Source of the DNA: Lachnospiraceae bacterium
GTDB lineage: Bacteria; Bacillota; Clostridia; Lachnospirales; Lachnospiraceae
DNA: 50,385 nt
Direction: 5' to 3'
Assembly: GCA_017479085.1 (NCBI GenBank)
Contig: JAFVCQ010000233.1
Span: 1-50,385, forward strand
In this document: piece after piece, positions 1 to 8,727 of the stretch
Layout: each line of letters begins with the position of its first letter
Position numbering within the stretch: position 1 is the stretch's first letter
Position numbers and translations under genes: made by a program
Notes under the pieces: generated by a model
Databases searched by the model: none
Seen by the model: only the letters and a program-made list of their open reading frames with translations
What the model was told of the DNA's origin: nothing

Positions 1-39
1 GTATATAGACAGTTTGCCGAATGGAAAAAGGGGGCCGTC

Positions 40-380
40 ATGATACACATGCACAACGTCAGCAAGACACTTGGGAATTTCCAACTGGACAATATCTCGA
101 TGGAATTACCGGAAGGCTACATCATGGGACTGATCGGTCCGAATGGTGCAGGAAAAACCAGCCTGTTACATATCCTGCTCGGTCTGTATCAGCCGGAAGA
201 GGGATGTTAGATTCCTTATTCAGTCCGGCTCTCTCCCTTTTACAGAATGCACAGATGTATGGGAAGTATTATGCAGATTTCGAAGGGGCCGTATTTTCCG
301 ATTACTGCACACAGTTTGGATTAAATCCCACACAACAGCTGCGCCGGTTATCAAAGGGAGAACAGTTGAAATTCCGCCTG
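40..380 (+). pseudogene. ABC transporter ATP-binding protein, N-terminal remnant (frameshifted and internally deleted)
   Basis: The frame from ATG 40 reads [14 protein letters not shown]...[19 protein letters not shown] (Walker A) and stops at TAG 208-210. A different frame (inside track ORF 21..434) continues LLQNAQMYGKYY...RRLSKGEQLKFRL (ABC signature) to about 380. The roughly 25-30 aa normally between Walker A and the Q-loop are absent. Confidence 0.7.
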
Positions 381-417
381 ACCTATTATCAACCAGTTAT
401 GGAGCGTGCGATCCGAT

Positions 418-786
418 ATGAAAATAATAATTAACCAGAATGGAACCCTTGCAATTTATGAACAGATCGTCAATCAGCTAAGAAATGCCATCATCACCGG
501 CGAGTTGTCCGCAGGCGAAGCGCTCCCCTCCATCCGGATGCTGGCGAGCGAATTAGAGATCAGTGTCATCACCACCAAACGAGCCTATGAGGAATTAGAG
601 AAAGAAAATCTGATCCGCTCCGTCGCCGGAAAAGGCTTTTATGTCTGTGAGAGCAATACCGATTACCTGCGGGAGAAAAACTATGTCATGCTGGAAAAGA
701 GAATGGCAGAGCTGCTCGACGACTGTAAACGGGCGGGCATGTCAAAGGAAGAAGTCAATGCCATGACAGAGGAGCTCTGGGGGTAA
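418..786 (+). CDS. GntR-family transcriptional regulator (YtrA-like, short C-terminus)
   Basis: Track ORF 406..786. The ATG at 418 gives MKIIINQNGTLAIYEQIVNQLRNAIITGELSAGEALPSIRMLASELEISVITTKRAYEELEKENLI, a typical GntR winged-helix N-domain. Its small size (about 122 aa) fits the YtrA subfamily. Confidence 0.8.
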   Translation: MKIIINQNGTLAIYEQIVNQLRNAIITGELSAGEALPSIRMLASELEISVITTKRAYEELEKENLIRSVAGKGFYVCESNTDYLREKNYVMLEKRMAELLDDCKRAGMSKEEVNAMTEELWG

Positions 787-789
787 GAC

Positions 790-1262
790 ATCATCAGGCA
801 CATGACACCCGGTTATTTCTGTTAGACGAAGCCACTGCCGGAATGGATCCCATCTTCCGAAAGGAATTCTTTCACATGCTTCATGAGGTAATCGCAATGG
901 AGGATACTGCTATTTTAATGAGTACCCATATCGAGGAAGAAATCGCCACCCATATGGACTACGTGGCAAGAATGGAACACGGAACCCTGATATCTTTTGA
1001 GGAGGCAGGTGAGGCATTATCTGACCGAACCGGTCGTGACTGTGTTATGTATATGGTTTCTGAAATTTGCAGCCATTTATTTTTCCATCTACAAAAGCTG
1101 ACTGTTCCGTCGCCGGAATTTTTCAGAAAATGTCCTGATAAAAAAAGATATGACGATGTTCTAAGCTCATCCCCGCATGGTAATGTATTGCATTTTCAAA
1201 AAGCGCCATCTGCCGGAGCAACCTTCACCAGACAGTCCTTTCCAAAAAAGGCAATCCCATAA
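790..1262 (+). pseudogene. ABC transporter ATP-binding protein, C-terminal remnant (Walker B onward)
   Basis: Upstream of track ORF 843..1262 the same frame reads HDTRLFLLDEATAGMDP (Walker B/D-loop), then AILMSTHIEEE (H-loop). There is no start codon and no Walker A/Q-loop in this frame. The 3' limit is uncertain because the frame stays open to 1262, overlapping the converging gene. Confidence 0.65.
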
Positions 1263-2779
1263 TGGACGATCTTCTTATACAGGTCATTTCTGCCGTTGCC
1301 GCCCTCTCTATTCGATCGCACCACATAATCCTTCGTTCCGGATAAAATCCCGGTCAAAACCCCATGATAGAAATTCTCGTAATAATCGTGATAGCTGATA
1401 CACTCCTTCAACACCCGGTCAAGCTCCCTCTGGAAGGTCTCCCCATCACTGCCAAAGAACGCCCGAAGCAGCACTGTCCGGTCTCCATTCACCACCTCTT
1501 CATGGAACCAGTCCCGGATCTTGCTCTCAAAAATGTACCGCACCTCTTCATTCGGAATGGAAAGCGTCACATATCTTTGTCTTTTCTCTATCCGCATGCT
1601 CTCCATCTTGAAATAGCCGGTAAAGAACATAAAATTCCAGAGATTCTCTATTTTTTCATAAATCTCCCCATATGTGATATCCTCATGCACCGGTTTCTCC
1701 AACTGCATCCCATGAATCATCTGTTCAATCTCATCCTTTGTGTCCCGGTCTGCCCGGTTGATCATCTCCCGCACAATGCTGTTGGAGCTGCTGTTTGCCC
1801 AGTGGGCTTCCGGAAAGGCTTCCAGATCCGATAAATATTCATCGACCTGAAGGATCACGCTCCATGGATTATATACATTGGTATCTCCAAACCGGTAGCC
1901 ATTGTACCATTCCTTAATGCGCTCATAATGTTTATCCAGTCCATAGTATTCGCACATCGCCAAAACTTCCTGATCCGTAAAGCCAAAATACCCGGAATAC
2001 TGTTCATTTAAAATCGAATAAATTTTCAGATTTTTCATTCCGGTGAAAATACTCTCTTTCGAAACCCTGAGACATCCGGTCAGCACCGCAAATTCCAGAT
2101 ACGGATTCGTCTTTAACGCCGACTCAAACAGAGAGCGGATAAAACCGACCATACGGTCATAAAAGCCATTCAAATAAGCCGTCTCCAAAGGCACATCGTA
2201 CTCATCGATCAATAGGATGACCTTTTTTCCGTAACAGGTGTACAGACATTTCACCAAAAATGCGAGGGCGTCATTATACCCGGATTTGTCCTCCTCACAC
2301 ATCATAATCCGTTCAAACCGTTTTTTATATCTTTCAAGACGACCATTCTCCAGAATATATGCATGACGGTCATATTCGGATGCAAGCTGCTTCTTTATGG
2401 CATCAAAGGACTCCTCCCACGTATCCTGTTTTGCCCCCTTAAGCGTCAGGAAAATGACCGGATACTGTCCCTGATGCTTCATATATTCTTCCCCACAGGA
2501 GGCAATCTCCAAGCCGTCAAACAGATGCCGGTATTCCATCTTCTTCCCCGCAATATCCCAGCCATCCTCAAAGAAATACTGCAGCATGCTCATATTCAGC
2601 GTCTTACCAAACCGTCTCGGTCTGGTAAAAAGATTCACCTTCGCCCCTTGCTTTATCAAATCCCGGATCATAAATGTCTTATCTACATAGTACAGATTCT
2701 TTTCAATCACCTCACTAAAGTCATCATATCCCACCGGTAATGCTTTCATCACCTTCGGATCAAAAATACTCTCTGCCAT
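1196..2779 (-). CDS. AAA-ATPase-like protein (PF09820-type) with truncated PDDEXK_9 nuclease domain
   Basis: 527-aa ORF. YYVDKTFMIRDLI...LFTRPRRFGKTLNMSMLQYFF and LLIDEYDVP match the 'predicted AAA-ATPase' family. SD GAAGGTGGAG lies upstream. It is a paralog of 41490..43199, but about 50-55 aa of the C-terminal nuclease core are missing relative to that copy. Confidence 0.8.
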   Translation of the reverse strand: MAESIFDPKVMKALPVGYDDFSEVIEKNLYYVDKTFMIRDLIKQGAKVNLFTRPRRFGKTLNMSMLQYFFEDGWDIAGKKMEYRHLFDGLEIASCGEEYMKHQGQYPVIFLTLKGAKQDTWEESFDAIKKQLASEYDRHAYILENGRLERYKKRFERIMMCEEDKSGYNDALAFLVKCLYTCYGKKVILLIDEYDVPLETAYLNGFYDRMVGFIRSLFESALKTNPYLEFAVLTGCLRVSKESIFTGMKNLKIYSILNEQYSGYFGFTDQEVLAMCEYYGLDKHYERIKEWYNGYRFGDTNVYNPWSVILQVDEYLSDLEAFPEAHWANSSSNSIVREMINRADRDTKDEIEQMIHGMQLEKPVHEDITYGEIYEKIENLWNFMFFTGYFKMESMRIEKRQRYVTLSIPNEEVRYIFESKIRDWFHEEVVNGDRTVLLRAFFGSDGETFQRELDRVLKECISYHDYYENFYHGVLTGILSGTKDYVVRSNREGGNGRNDLYKKIVHYGIAFFGKDCLVKVAPADGAF

Positions 2780-2973
2780 ACAATTTCTCCACCTTCTTAG
2801 CGTTTTCCTAATGCTCGCAAACGAATTTAACTACCGAATCCAATCTCTCTCCGCCATATAAGACGATCATAGCATATCCGCGGGAATTTATCCACACATT
2901 CTTTTCAGCCTGTCATATACGAAAGACATATCATCCTTTTGAACGCATCGGCTGGTCCCAGTCAATTATTGTG

Positions 2974-3495
2974 TCAAAATTGGATATTCCCCTGATACAC
3001 ATCATCGAATTTCACAAAGGAAAACATACACTCGCCAATTGTGATAACATCCCTGTCCGCAAGAACCTCCACACCCTGAACCTCCCGGCCATTCACCAGA
3101 ACCTGTCTGTCCTGCTTTACCGGCATAATCTCAAAGCATCCCTTTTCATATAATATCTCCGCATGACCATTTCTTGAAACTGTATCCTCTCCCGGCAGGG
3201 ATACCTCCATATTGCCGGCGCGTCCAATGCGGTTCCTTCCCTCATACAAAATAAATGACCTTCCCACATCACGTCCCGATATCTCTACCAACACGCCCAC
3301 ATTTACCCGCATATTACGATCCTGCGCATTGGTATAGATTCTGCTTGCAGCTATCTCTGTCGGCACATCGGTCTGCCCCTGTCCGTATGTGTTCGGTTCC
3401 TGCTCCAGATTTCTCACGTTTCCCTGACAGTGCGGACAGCTTTTTAATTTATCTGCATCATATATATGACCATTTTTACATTTTATCATCTGCAT
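2974..3495 (-). CDS. Zinc-ribbon plus FHA domain protein
   Basis: Start moved to M47 of track ORF 2974..3633 (MQMIKCKNGHIYDADKLKSCPHCQ, a CxxH...CxxC ribbon; purine-rich SD upstream). The C-terminus has FHA hallmarks GRNRIGRA...VSRNGHAEI...VNGREV. Confidence 0.75.
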   Translation of the reverse strand: MQMIKCKNGHIYDADKLKSCPHCQGNVRNLEQEPNTYGQGQTDVPTEIAASRIYTNAQDRNMRVNVGVLVEISGRDVGRSFILYEGRNRIGRAGNMEVSLPGEDTVSRNGHAEILYEKGCFEIMPVKQDRQVLVNGREVQGVEVLADRDVITIGECMFSFVKFDDVYQGNIQF

Positions 3496-3647
3496 AGGAA
3501 AAGCTCTCTTTCTATATATTTTATAGCAAACGGTGGTGTGCCAGAAACTTAGCCAATCAGTCATTGCCCTTTGGACTCGACACTCTTGGGTTCGAGTCTC
3601 AAATAGACAAACCGGCTTGTCCGCCCGAAGCACGATATCAGAAATGG

Positions 3648-4355
3648 TTACATCAGCTTAAATGTCGTCACATCACCCGCAAGCTGCACCGTTTCTCCCA
3701 TCTCGACTTCATACCGCACATTCTGCTCTAACCGAATCTCTCCATTAATATAGGTACCATTCGTTGAAAAATCCGTAATCTCATAGCAGTCCTTGTCCTT
3801 ATGATAGATTATGCGCAAATGCCTGCGCGACACCCTCGGAAGATTGATCACAATATCGGCAAGCGTTCCATCCCGCCCAATAATAACCTCCTGCTCCGGT
3901 ATCAGATCAAACTGCTTTCCGGCATACAGTCCGCCGATGCATAACAGTCGTCCCATACTCTGCTCATTTTCTTCCGACAGATATGCTTTTTTTCCATTGT
4001 CCGGCTCATCCCGCCCGACAAGAATTTTCTTAGCCTTGTCCTTATATTTTCTGCTGATTCGAACCTCTTTCCCTGCCACAGTGAGCTTGTCCGACTGCAC
4101 AATGGAAACCTCAGACAGCTTTACAAGATAGCTCTGGTGACATCGTAAAAAACCTTTCGGTTCCAGCAGTTCCGCCACATGATCCATCTTGTCATTGTAT
4201 TCATACACCTCATCCCCCGTGTGAATGTACAGTTTATGCGCTCCGCTCTCTATATATGTAATCTCACTAACCGGTATCCGTAAAGTCTTCCCGCGCTTGA
4301 CCACACAAAACATCTGATCGCTATTATTATAACTGACCGCCATAATCTGTTCCAT
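3648..4355 (-). CDS. LytTR DNA-binding domain fused to a C-terminal FHA domain
   Basis: The N-terminal half RIPVSEITYIESGAHKLYIHTGDEVYEYNDKMDHVAELLEPKGFLRCHQSYLVKL is LytTR-like. The C-terminal half has VIIGRD...VSRRHLRI...STNGTYINGE, which is FHA-like. SD GGGGGAGAGG lies 7 nt upstream. The start is 17 nt after the kinase stop. Confidence 0.8.
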   Translation of the reverse strand: MEQIMAVSYNNSDQMFCVVKRGKTLRIPVSEITYIESGAHKLYIHTGDEVYEYNDKMDHVAELLEPKGFLRCHQSYLVKLSEVSIVQSDKLTVAGKEVRISRKYKDKAKKILVGRDEPDNGKKAYLSEENEQSMGRLLCIGGLYAGKQFDLIPEQEVIIGRDGTLADIVINLPRVSRRHLRIIYHKDKDCYEITDFSTNGTYINGEIRLEQNVRYEVEMGETVQLAGDVTTFKLM

Positions 4356-4372
4356 GATAGACCTCTCCCCCT

Positions 4373-5827
4373 CTAATATAACTCGTCATCATCATCGACC
4401 GTACTACCCCCGGTAGATGTTCCGCCCGAATTTCCGGCTGTGCTGTTTTTCGATTGCGCTTCTGTTCCGACAGGCACTCCACTTCCATTATTTTTTACAG
4501 AAGCGCCTTCCTCTCTCTCTTGTACACCTGTTTCTGTGTCAGCCGACGATCCGCTTTCGCTGTTCCCCGCGGAGGTGTTGTCCGCACCTTCCGTTACTCT
4601 GTCTCCTACACTGTCTGATGCGTTCTTTGCCTTTTCGCTTTGCTCACTGTCCGCCTCCATCTGCCCGTCTGTGGTATCATTTCCCACACCCTCTGAACCA
4701 GTCCATATACCGCTTGTTTCCTGTTCATCCGTCATCCAGATGCCACGCAGCAGGTAACTCATCCCAAAGCTCAGCAAAAGCAGGAGCAGACATGCTGTCA
4801 AAATATAAAACGTCGAATTTCTCTGCGATTGATTCCGGTCTGCCGGCTGACCGGAATACAGAACTCTCGTCCTGTCATCCATATATTCCGGCGCAAATGT
4901 AACCGCCTCCAGAAATTCATCCATTGCCGCATAGCGTTCAGACTTGTGAACCGCCATTCCCTTCAGCAATGCGTCTGTCTGCCACGTCTCCAATATATCC
5001 TCAAGGAGCTTTCTCTCATCATATACCAAATCCCCGCCTTGTACACTGTCTTCTCCTGCATCAGCCTTTCGAACTGTTCCGGCGCCACCTTTTCCATCTC
5101 TCATCCTGCGACTGTCGGCAAGTTCCCTCCCGTCCGCCTTCAGCCGTTCCACTGCATTGTGTGGTTTCTCTCCGGTCAGTGCCATAAACATTGTCGCTGC
5201 CAACGCATACACATCCGTCCATGCACCCAGCCTGCCGTCAAATGCACTTCCATCCGAATAATACTGCTCAATCGGCGCAAATCCCTGCTTCAGGATCACC
5301 GTCCGGTCACGATTTCTGTTCACAGACTGCGTTGCTCCAAAATCGATCAGACACAGGCGGTTATCCATGCCAATCATCAGATTATCCGGAGATATGTCAC
5401 AATGAATGACATTCCTTCGATGAATCTTGGTGAGCGACTTCATGATCGGCGTAACCATCCGGACCAGCTCATCCCATGAAAACGTACCATACTGCTTCAC
5501 ATATTCCCTCAATGTGATACCCTCAATAAAATCCATCACAATATAGGCCGTATCTCGTTCCTCAAACACATCCCGCACGGACACAATACCCTCAAGATAA
5601 TCGAACTCCCGCAGGATCTTTGCTTCGCGGATAAACCGCACTTTCTCATGTGCAACGTCCGTAGAGCCTCCAAGCGGAAAAAGTTCCTTAATCGCAACCG
5701 CCACATCCGTTTTCGTATCTCTTCCTCTATATGTAATTGCAAATCCGCCAGATCCAATCTCTCCTTCAATCCGATACCGGTCATGCAGCAGTGCATCTGA
5801 CTTCAGTTTTCTTCTCTTTTCACCCAT
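4373..5827 (-). CDS. Hanks-type Ser/Thr protein kinase, single TM helix, low-complexity extracytoplasmic tail
   Basis: Kinase motifs: GSGGFAITY (G-loop), VAIKEL (VAIK), HCDISPDNL (catalytic loop, non-RD), DFGAT (DFG), APIEQY (APE-like). A TM helix FYILTACLLLLLLSFGMSYLL is followed by a Ser/Gly/Thr/Glu-rich tail with no PASTA repeats. Confidence 0.9.
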   Translation of the reverse strand: MGEKRRKLKSDALLHDRYRIEGEIGSGGFAITYRGRDTKTDVAVAIKELFPLGGSTDVAHEKVRFIREAKILREFDYLEGIVSVRDVFEERDTAYIVMDFIEGITLREYVKQYGTFSWDELVRMVTPIMKSLTKIHRRNVIHCDISPDNLMIGMDNRLCLIDFGATQSVNRNRDRTVILKQGFAPIEQYYSDGSAFDGRLGAWTDVYALAATMFMALTGEKPHNAVERLKADGRELADSRRMRDGKGGAGTVRKADAGEDSVQGGDLVYDERKLLEDILETWQTDALLKGMAVHKSERYAAMDEFLEAVTFAPEYMDDRTRVLYSGQPADRNQSQRNSTFYILTACLLLLLLSFGMSYLLRGIWMTDEQETSGIWTGSEGVGNDTTDGQMEADSEQSEKAKNASDSVGDRVTEGADNTSAGNSESGSSADTETGVQEREEGASVKNNGSGVPVGTEAQSKNSTAGNSGGTSTGGSTVDDDDELY

Positions 5828-5941
5828 AATATATTCGTTTCGTAAAGGAAAATCACATTCGCAATAAAATGATTCTTATTCACCATGAATTCCGTCCGGC
5901 ATATAACAAAGACAAAGCACATGTGAGCCCAGAAAAACAAC

Positions 5942-8392
5942 TTAATATGTTACCTTCACTCCGGAATTTTTAAGGTATTGAATCATTTTTTTCTTCGATG
6001 TCTGCTTCTTCTTTAAATTTGCATCCGCCTTTTTTGTGCGAAGATAAAATGCCGCTGTCTCCACACTTTTTAAGTTCTTGATTTTCTTGAATGTAATCTT
6101 TGAAAGTTTTTTATCTCCATAAAATGCAAGTTTGCCGATCTCCTCCACATTTTTCCCAATCGTAAGTGTCTTAAGATTCGGACAATTATAAAATGCCTTT
6201 TCCCCAATCGAATTAACATTTGCGCCGATTGTGACAGTCTTCAGTTTCTTCATTCCCTTACAGGCGCCCTTCGCAACCACTGTCACCTTCAGTGTTTTTT
6301 CCCCATAAGGCACATTCTTTGGAATGGACACGGATGTCTTATCGTTTCTTACCGGCGCAACAAACGTAACCGATGTTTCATTTGCATTGACCTGATACTT
6401 CAGATTCCGATACGCGAACACCTTGCCGGCGATACTGTCATCCACAGAGCCATCCGAACCACCACCTGTCGTATTGGTGATACTCGTTTCATGAACCGAG
6501 TTGTCAACCACCACTATCGTGTTGGTAAAATGATCCATCACGGTTGCGTTGTTGGAATTGTCAACCACCGTCCTATCATCTGCACTGTCAGCCATCTCCT
6601 TGTCATCCGGACTGCCAGCTACCTCCTTGTCATCTGGACTGTCAGCTACCTCCTTGTCATCTGGACTGTCAGCTACCTCCTTGTCATCCGGATCATCGTT
6701 ACCTGTCGTATCGTCGGAACCGCCAATCACTGTCGTATTGGTGGAGTTGTCAATCACCGTTGTATTAGTGGAATTGTCAATCACTGTCGTATTAGTGGAG
6801 TTGTCAATCACCGTTGTATTAGTGGAATTGTCAATCACTGTCGTATTAGTGGAATTGTCAATCACTGTTGTGTTGATATTGTTCGTGATGCTGACCGTTC
6901 CCTCATAGATATCCTGCATCCCCTTCATATATGTCTGATAGGAGGGTACTTCATTCTCATCTAAATAATTCTGCACGTCACCTCCCGCAAGTACGCGCAG
7001 AGTCACATACTCAAGCTCCAGCAGGCCAAAGCCTGATATATCCGTCATCTTCTCCGGCACGGTAAGCACAATCTTATCTCCGCTTGAATCACTGTTGATC
7101 ATAAATGCATCCTGCCCTATTGTCGTTAAATTCTCTGGAAGAATGACACGGTCAAGTCCTTTTGCATACTTAAATGCACGATCTCCGATCGTAGTAACCG
7201 ACTTCGGTATATTGATCTCCGTCAGTGCCGGACAGGAATGAAAACAATGCTTTTCCAGTGTTTCTAACGTGTCCGGCAGTGCAACACTTGACAACCGGGG
7301 ACATTCCTGAAACGCTGCAATCCCAATCGTCTTTGCACCTGTGATCGTTACGCTTTCCAACTGCGAACATTTGCAACAGACACCATATGGTATTTCCTTT
7401 AACGAAGATGGAAAATAGATCGTCTTTATCGCAGTTGTAAAAAATGCCTGATTTCCAAGACGGACAAGTCCTGTTCCCTGAATATCCACTTTCGTCAGAT
7501 TGCTGCAAAGCGCAAAGGCGCATTCTCCAATCTGCGTCACACTGGATGGAATACTGACCGATGTCAGTTTCGACGATGTGTCATCGCCTCCGGTTGCATT
7601 TCCACAAAATGCCCAGTCTGCAATGGCATCCACCGACTGTGGGATCGTTACGTCTCCCTCTGCCGTTATACCATCAATCAGAATCCGGTTCACAATAACA
7701 AGTCCCTGTGACGCCTGCTCCCGTTTTGCCGCCAGCCACGGAGTACGTCGAAACGCTCTGTTCCCGATTGACACAACCGACTTCGGTATATTGATCTCTT
7801 CAAGCTGCACATCGTTGTAAAACGCACTCTCCCCGATTGTGGTAAGCGTATCCGGCAGACTGACACCTTTGAACCCTGATGTATAGAAGCACCTCTGATA
7901 AATGGTGTCAACCCCTTCCGGCACAACAACAAGATCATACGCACCAAGATTGTTCAATCCGCACTGCGATTCCTCAAACTCATCTGCGTTCAAATTCACA
8001 TACTGTTCCTCATACGGATTGCCGATTCCCGTCACCTTATGCCCGTCAATCTTGGAAGGGATGTTGAAGTTTATCTTCTCCGTTCCATCCTCTGTTGTCC
8101 ATGTCTCAAGTCCCTCCGGTGCATCACCCGTCCAGTCCATGGCACGTCCCACGATTACAATGTCCCCTCCATCCTCTATCCCGCTGTCGATCCAACTGCG
8201 GTATGCATAGTACCAGAAACGGTTCTCACTTCTGTATATCCCCTGTGGGAGTTCATTCTCCTCACTCTCTGCGGCATATGTCACAGGTATCCCTGACAGA
8301 TTGCACACATATAAAGCGGCAAGCAACATCAAGACAGCCATCACAAAAAACCGGCCTCCCACACTCCGTTTTCCCGTTTGTTCCACCCTCAT
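5942..8392 (-). CDS. Secreted BspA-type leucine-rich-repeat (LRR_5-like) surface protein with internal tandem repeats
   Basis: 816 aa. Signal-like N-terminus FFVMAVLMLLAALYV. There are many units of the type IP.SV..IG..AF..C..L. A central low-complexity block holds NSTNTTVID x5-6 and DSPDDKEVA x4. SD GGAGGATACGGATATG. Confidence 0.85.
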   Translation of the reverse strand: MRVEQTGKRSVGGRFFVMAVLMLLAALYVCNLSGIPVTYAAESEENELPQGIYRSENRFWYYAYRSWIDSGIEDGGDIVIVGRAMDWTGDAPEGLETWTTEDGTEKINFNIPSKIDGHKVTGIGNPYEEQYVNLNADEFEESQCGLNNLGAYDLVVVPEGVDTIYQRCFYTSGFKGVSLPDTLTTIGESAFYNDVQLEEINIPKSVVSIGNRAFRRTPWLAAKREQASQGLVIVNRILIDGITAEGDVTIPQSVDAIADWAFCGNATGGDDTSSKLTSVSIPSSVTQIGECAFALCSNLTKVDIQGTGLVRLGNQAFFTTAIKTIYFPSSLKEIPYGVCCKCSQLESVTITGAKTIGIAAFQECPRLSSVALPDTLETLEKHCFHSCPALTEINIPKSVTTIGDRAFKYAKGLDRVILPENLTTIGQDAFMINSDSSGDKIVLTVPEKMTDISGFGLLELEYVTLRVLAGGDVQNYLDENEVPSYQTYMKGMQDIYEGTVSITNNINTTVIDNSTNTTVIDNSTNTTVIDNSTNTTVIDNSTNTTVIDNSTNTTVIGGSDDTTGNDDPDDKEVADSPDDKEVADSPDDKEVAGSPDDKEMADSADDRTVVDNSNNATVMDHFTNTIVVVDNSVHETSITNTTGGGSDGSVDDSIAGKVFAYRNLKYQVNANETSVTFVAPVRNDKTSVSIPKNVPYGEKTLKVTVVAKGACKGMKKLKTVTIGANVNSIGEKAFYNCPNLKTLTIGKNVEEIGKLAFYGDKKLSKITFKKIKNLKSVETAAFYLRTKKADANLKKKQTSKKKMIQYLKNSGVKVTY
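6585..6692. repeat. Four in-frame 27-nt tandem repeats (encode DSPDDKEVA on the minus strand)
   Basis: The unit ctgtcagctacctccttgtcatctgga is repeated head-to-tail four times with 1-3 substitutions per unit. Confidence 0.95.
6724..6885. repeat. About six in-frame 27-nt tandem repeats (encode NSTNTTVID on the minus strand)
   Basis: The unit caatcac(c/t)gt(t/c)gtattagtgga(a/g)ttgt is repeated head-to-tail. The last unit is degenerate, and more diverged copies continue at about 6490-6580. Confidence 0.9.
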
Positions 8393-8442
8393 ATCCGTAT
8401 CCTCCGATCGTAATCACTGTGTAAATTGACTCTTTTTGGGAA

Positions 8443-8470
8443 AGTATACCACAACTACGGATAAAGTCAA
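8443..8470 (-). promoter_or_regulatory. Sigma-70-type promoter for the LRR / kinase / FHA gene string
   Basis: The minus strand reads TTGACT-16 nt-TATACT, with TG one nt upstream of the -10 (extended -10). It lies about 50 nt upstream of the LRR start codon. Confidence 0.55.
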
Positions 8471-8485
8471 TAACCTCGCTACAAG

Positions 8486-8553
8486 CTGTGGAATCTGTTC
8501 ACCCTGCCAGCCAATCTCTCTGGCAAACTCCACAATATCCTCTGCCATTCCGC
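8486..8553. repeat. 68-bp direct repeat, copy 1 (partner at 18044..18111)
   Basis: ctgtggaatctgttcAccctgccagccaatctctcTggcaaactccacaatatcctctgccattccgc matches the second copy at 66 of 68 positions, in the same orientation. Confidence 0.9.
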
Positions 8554-8727
8554 CTCTTCCTCATTCTCTGGGATGTCAATACGCTCAATCTTGAAAATGA
8601 CCGGGCGCGTCCCGTCGTTGCAGCAGGCTATCATCATCCGGTCATCATTTGTCCATCCTTGCATGATGGAGCCGCCCTGCAATGCCGTATATACATATCG
8701 GCTGACAGCGTCCCATGCTTCACCGCC

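Noticed and set aside
21-434. Track ORF 21..434 (137 aa) as a genuine gene.
   Set aside because: Its N-terminal half is an out-of-frame read of the Walker A region. Only its middle part matches ABC ATPase sequence. It is better explained as part of a frameshifted pseudogene.
3586-3612. A tRNA-like T-arm: ttggg-TTCGAGT-ctcaa, containing the GGTTCGAGTC motif. It suggested a tRNA gene or a tRNA-derived att site upstream of the Zn-ribbon-FHA gene.
   Set aside because: I could not build a complementary acceptor stem, a D-arm or an anticodon arm at the expected spacing (the 5' strand would be gtgccag against the 3' strand atagaca). At most it is a tRNA 3' fragment, and the support is too weak to call.
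6491-6964. Regularly spaced 27-nt repeats that look CRISPR-like at first glance, plus plus-strand ORFs 6491..6964, 6544..6768 and 6549..6908.
   Set aside because: The repeats are contiguous with no spacers and lie in frame within the minus-strand LRR gene. The plus-strand ORFs are antisense artefacts of low-complexity coding repeats.
8479-8682. ORFs 8479..8682 and 17884..18135 as paralogous small proteins (shared AEWQRILWSLPERLAGR.NRFH).
   Set aside because: The similarity is confined to the 68-nt DNA repeat, which is open in all three frames. The flanks are unrelated, and the copy-2 ORF runs into the IS200 end. Coding status cannot be established, so only the repeat is reported.
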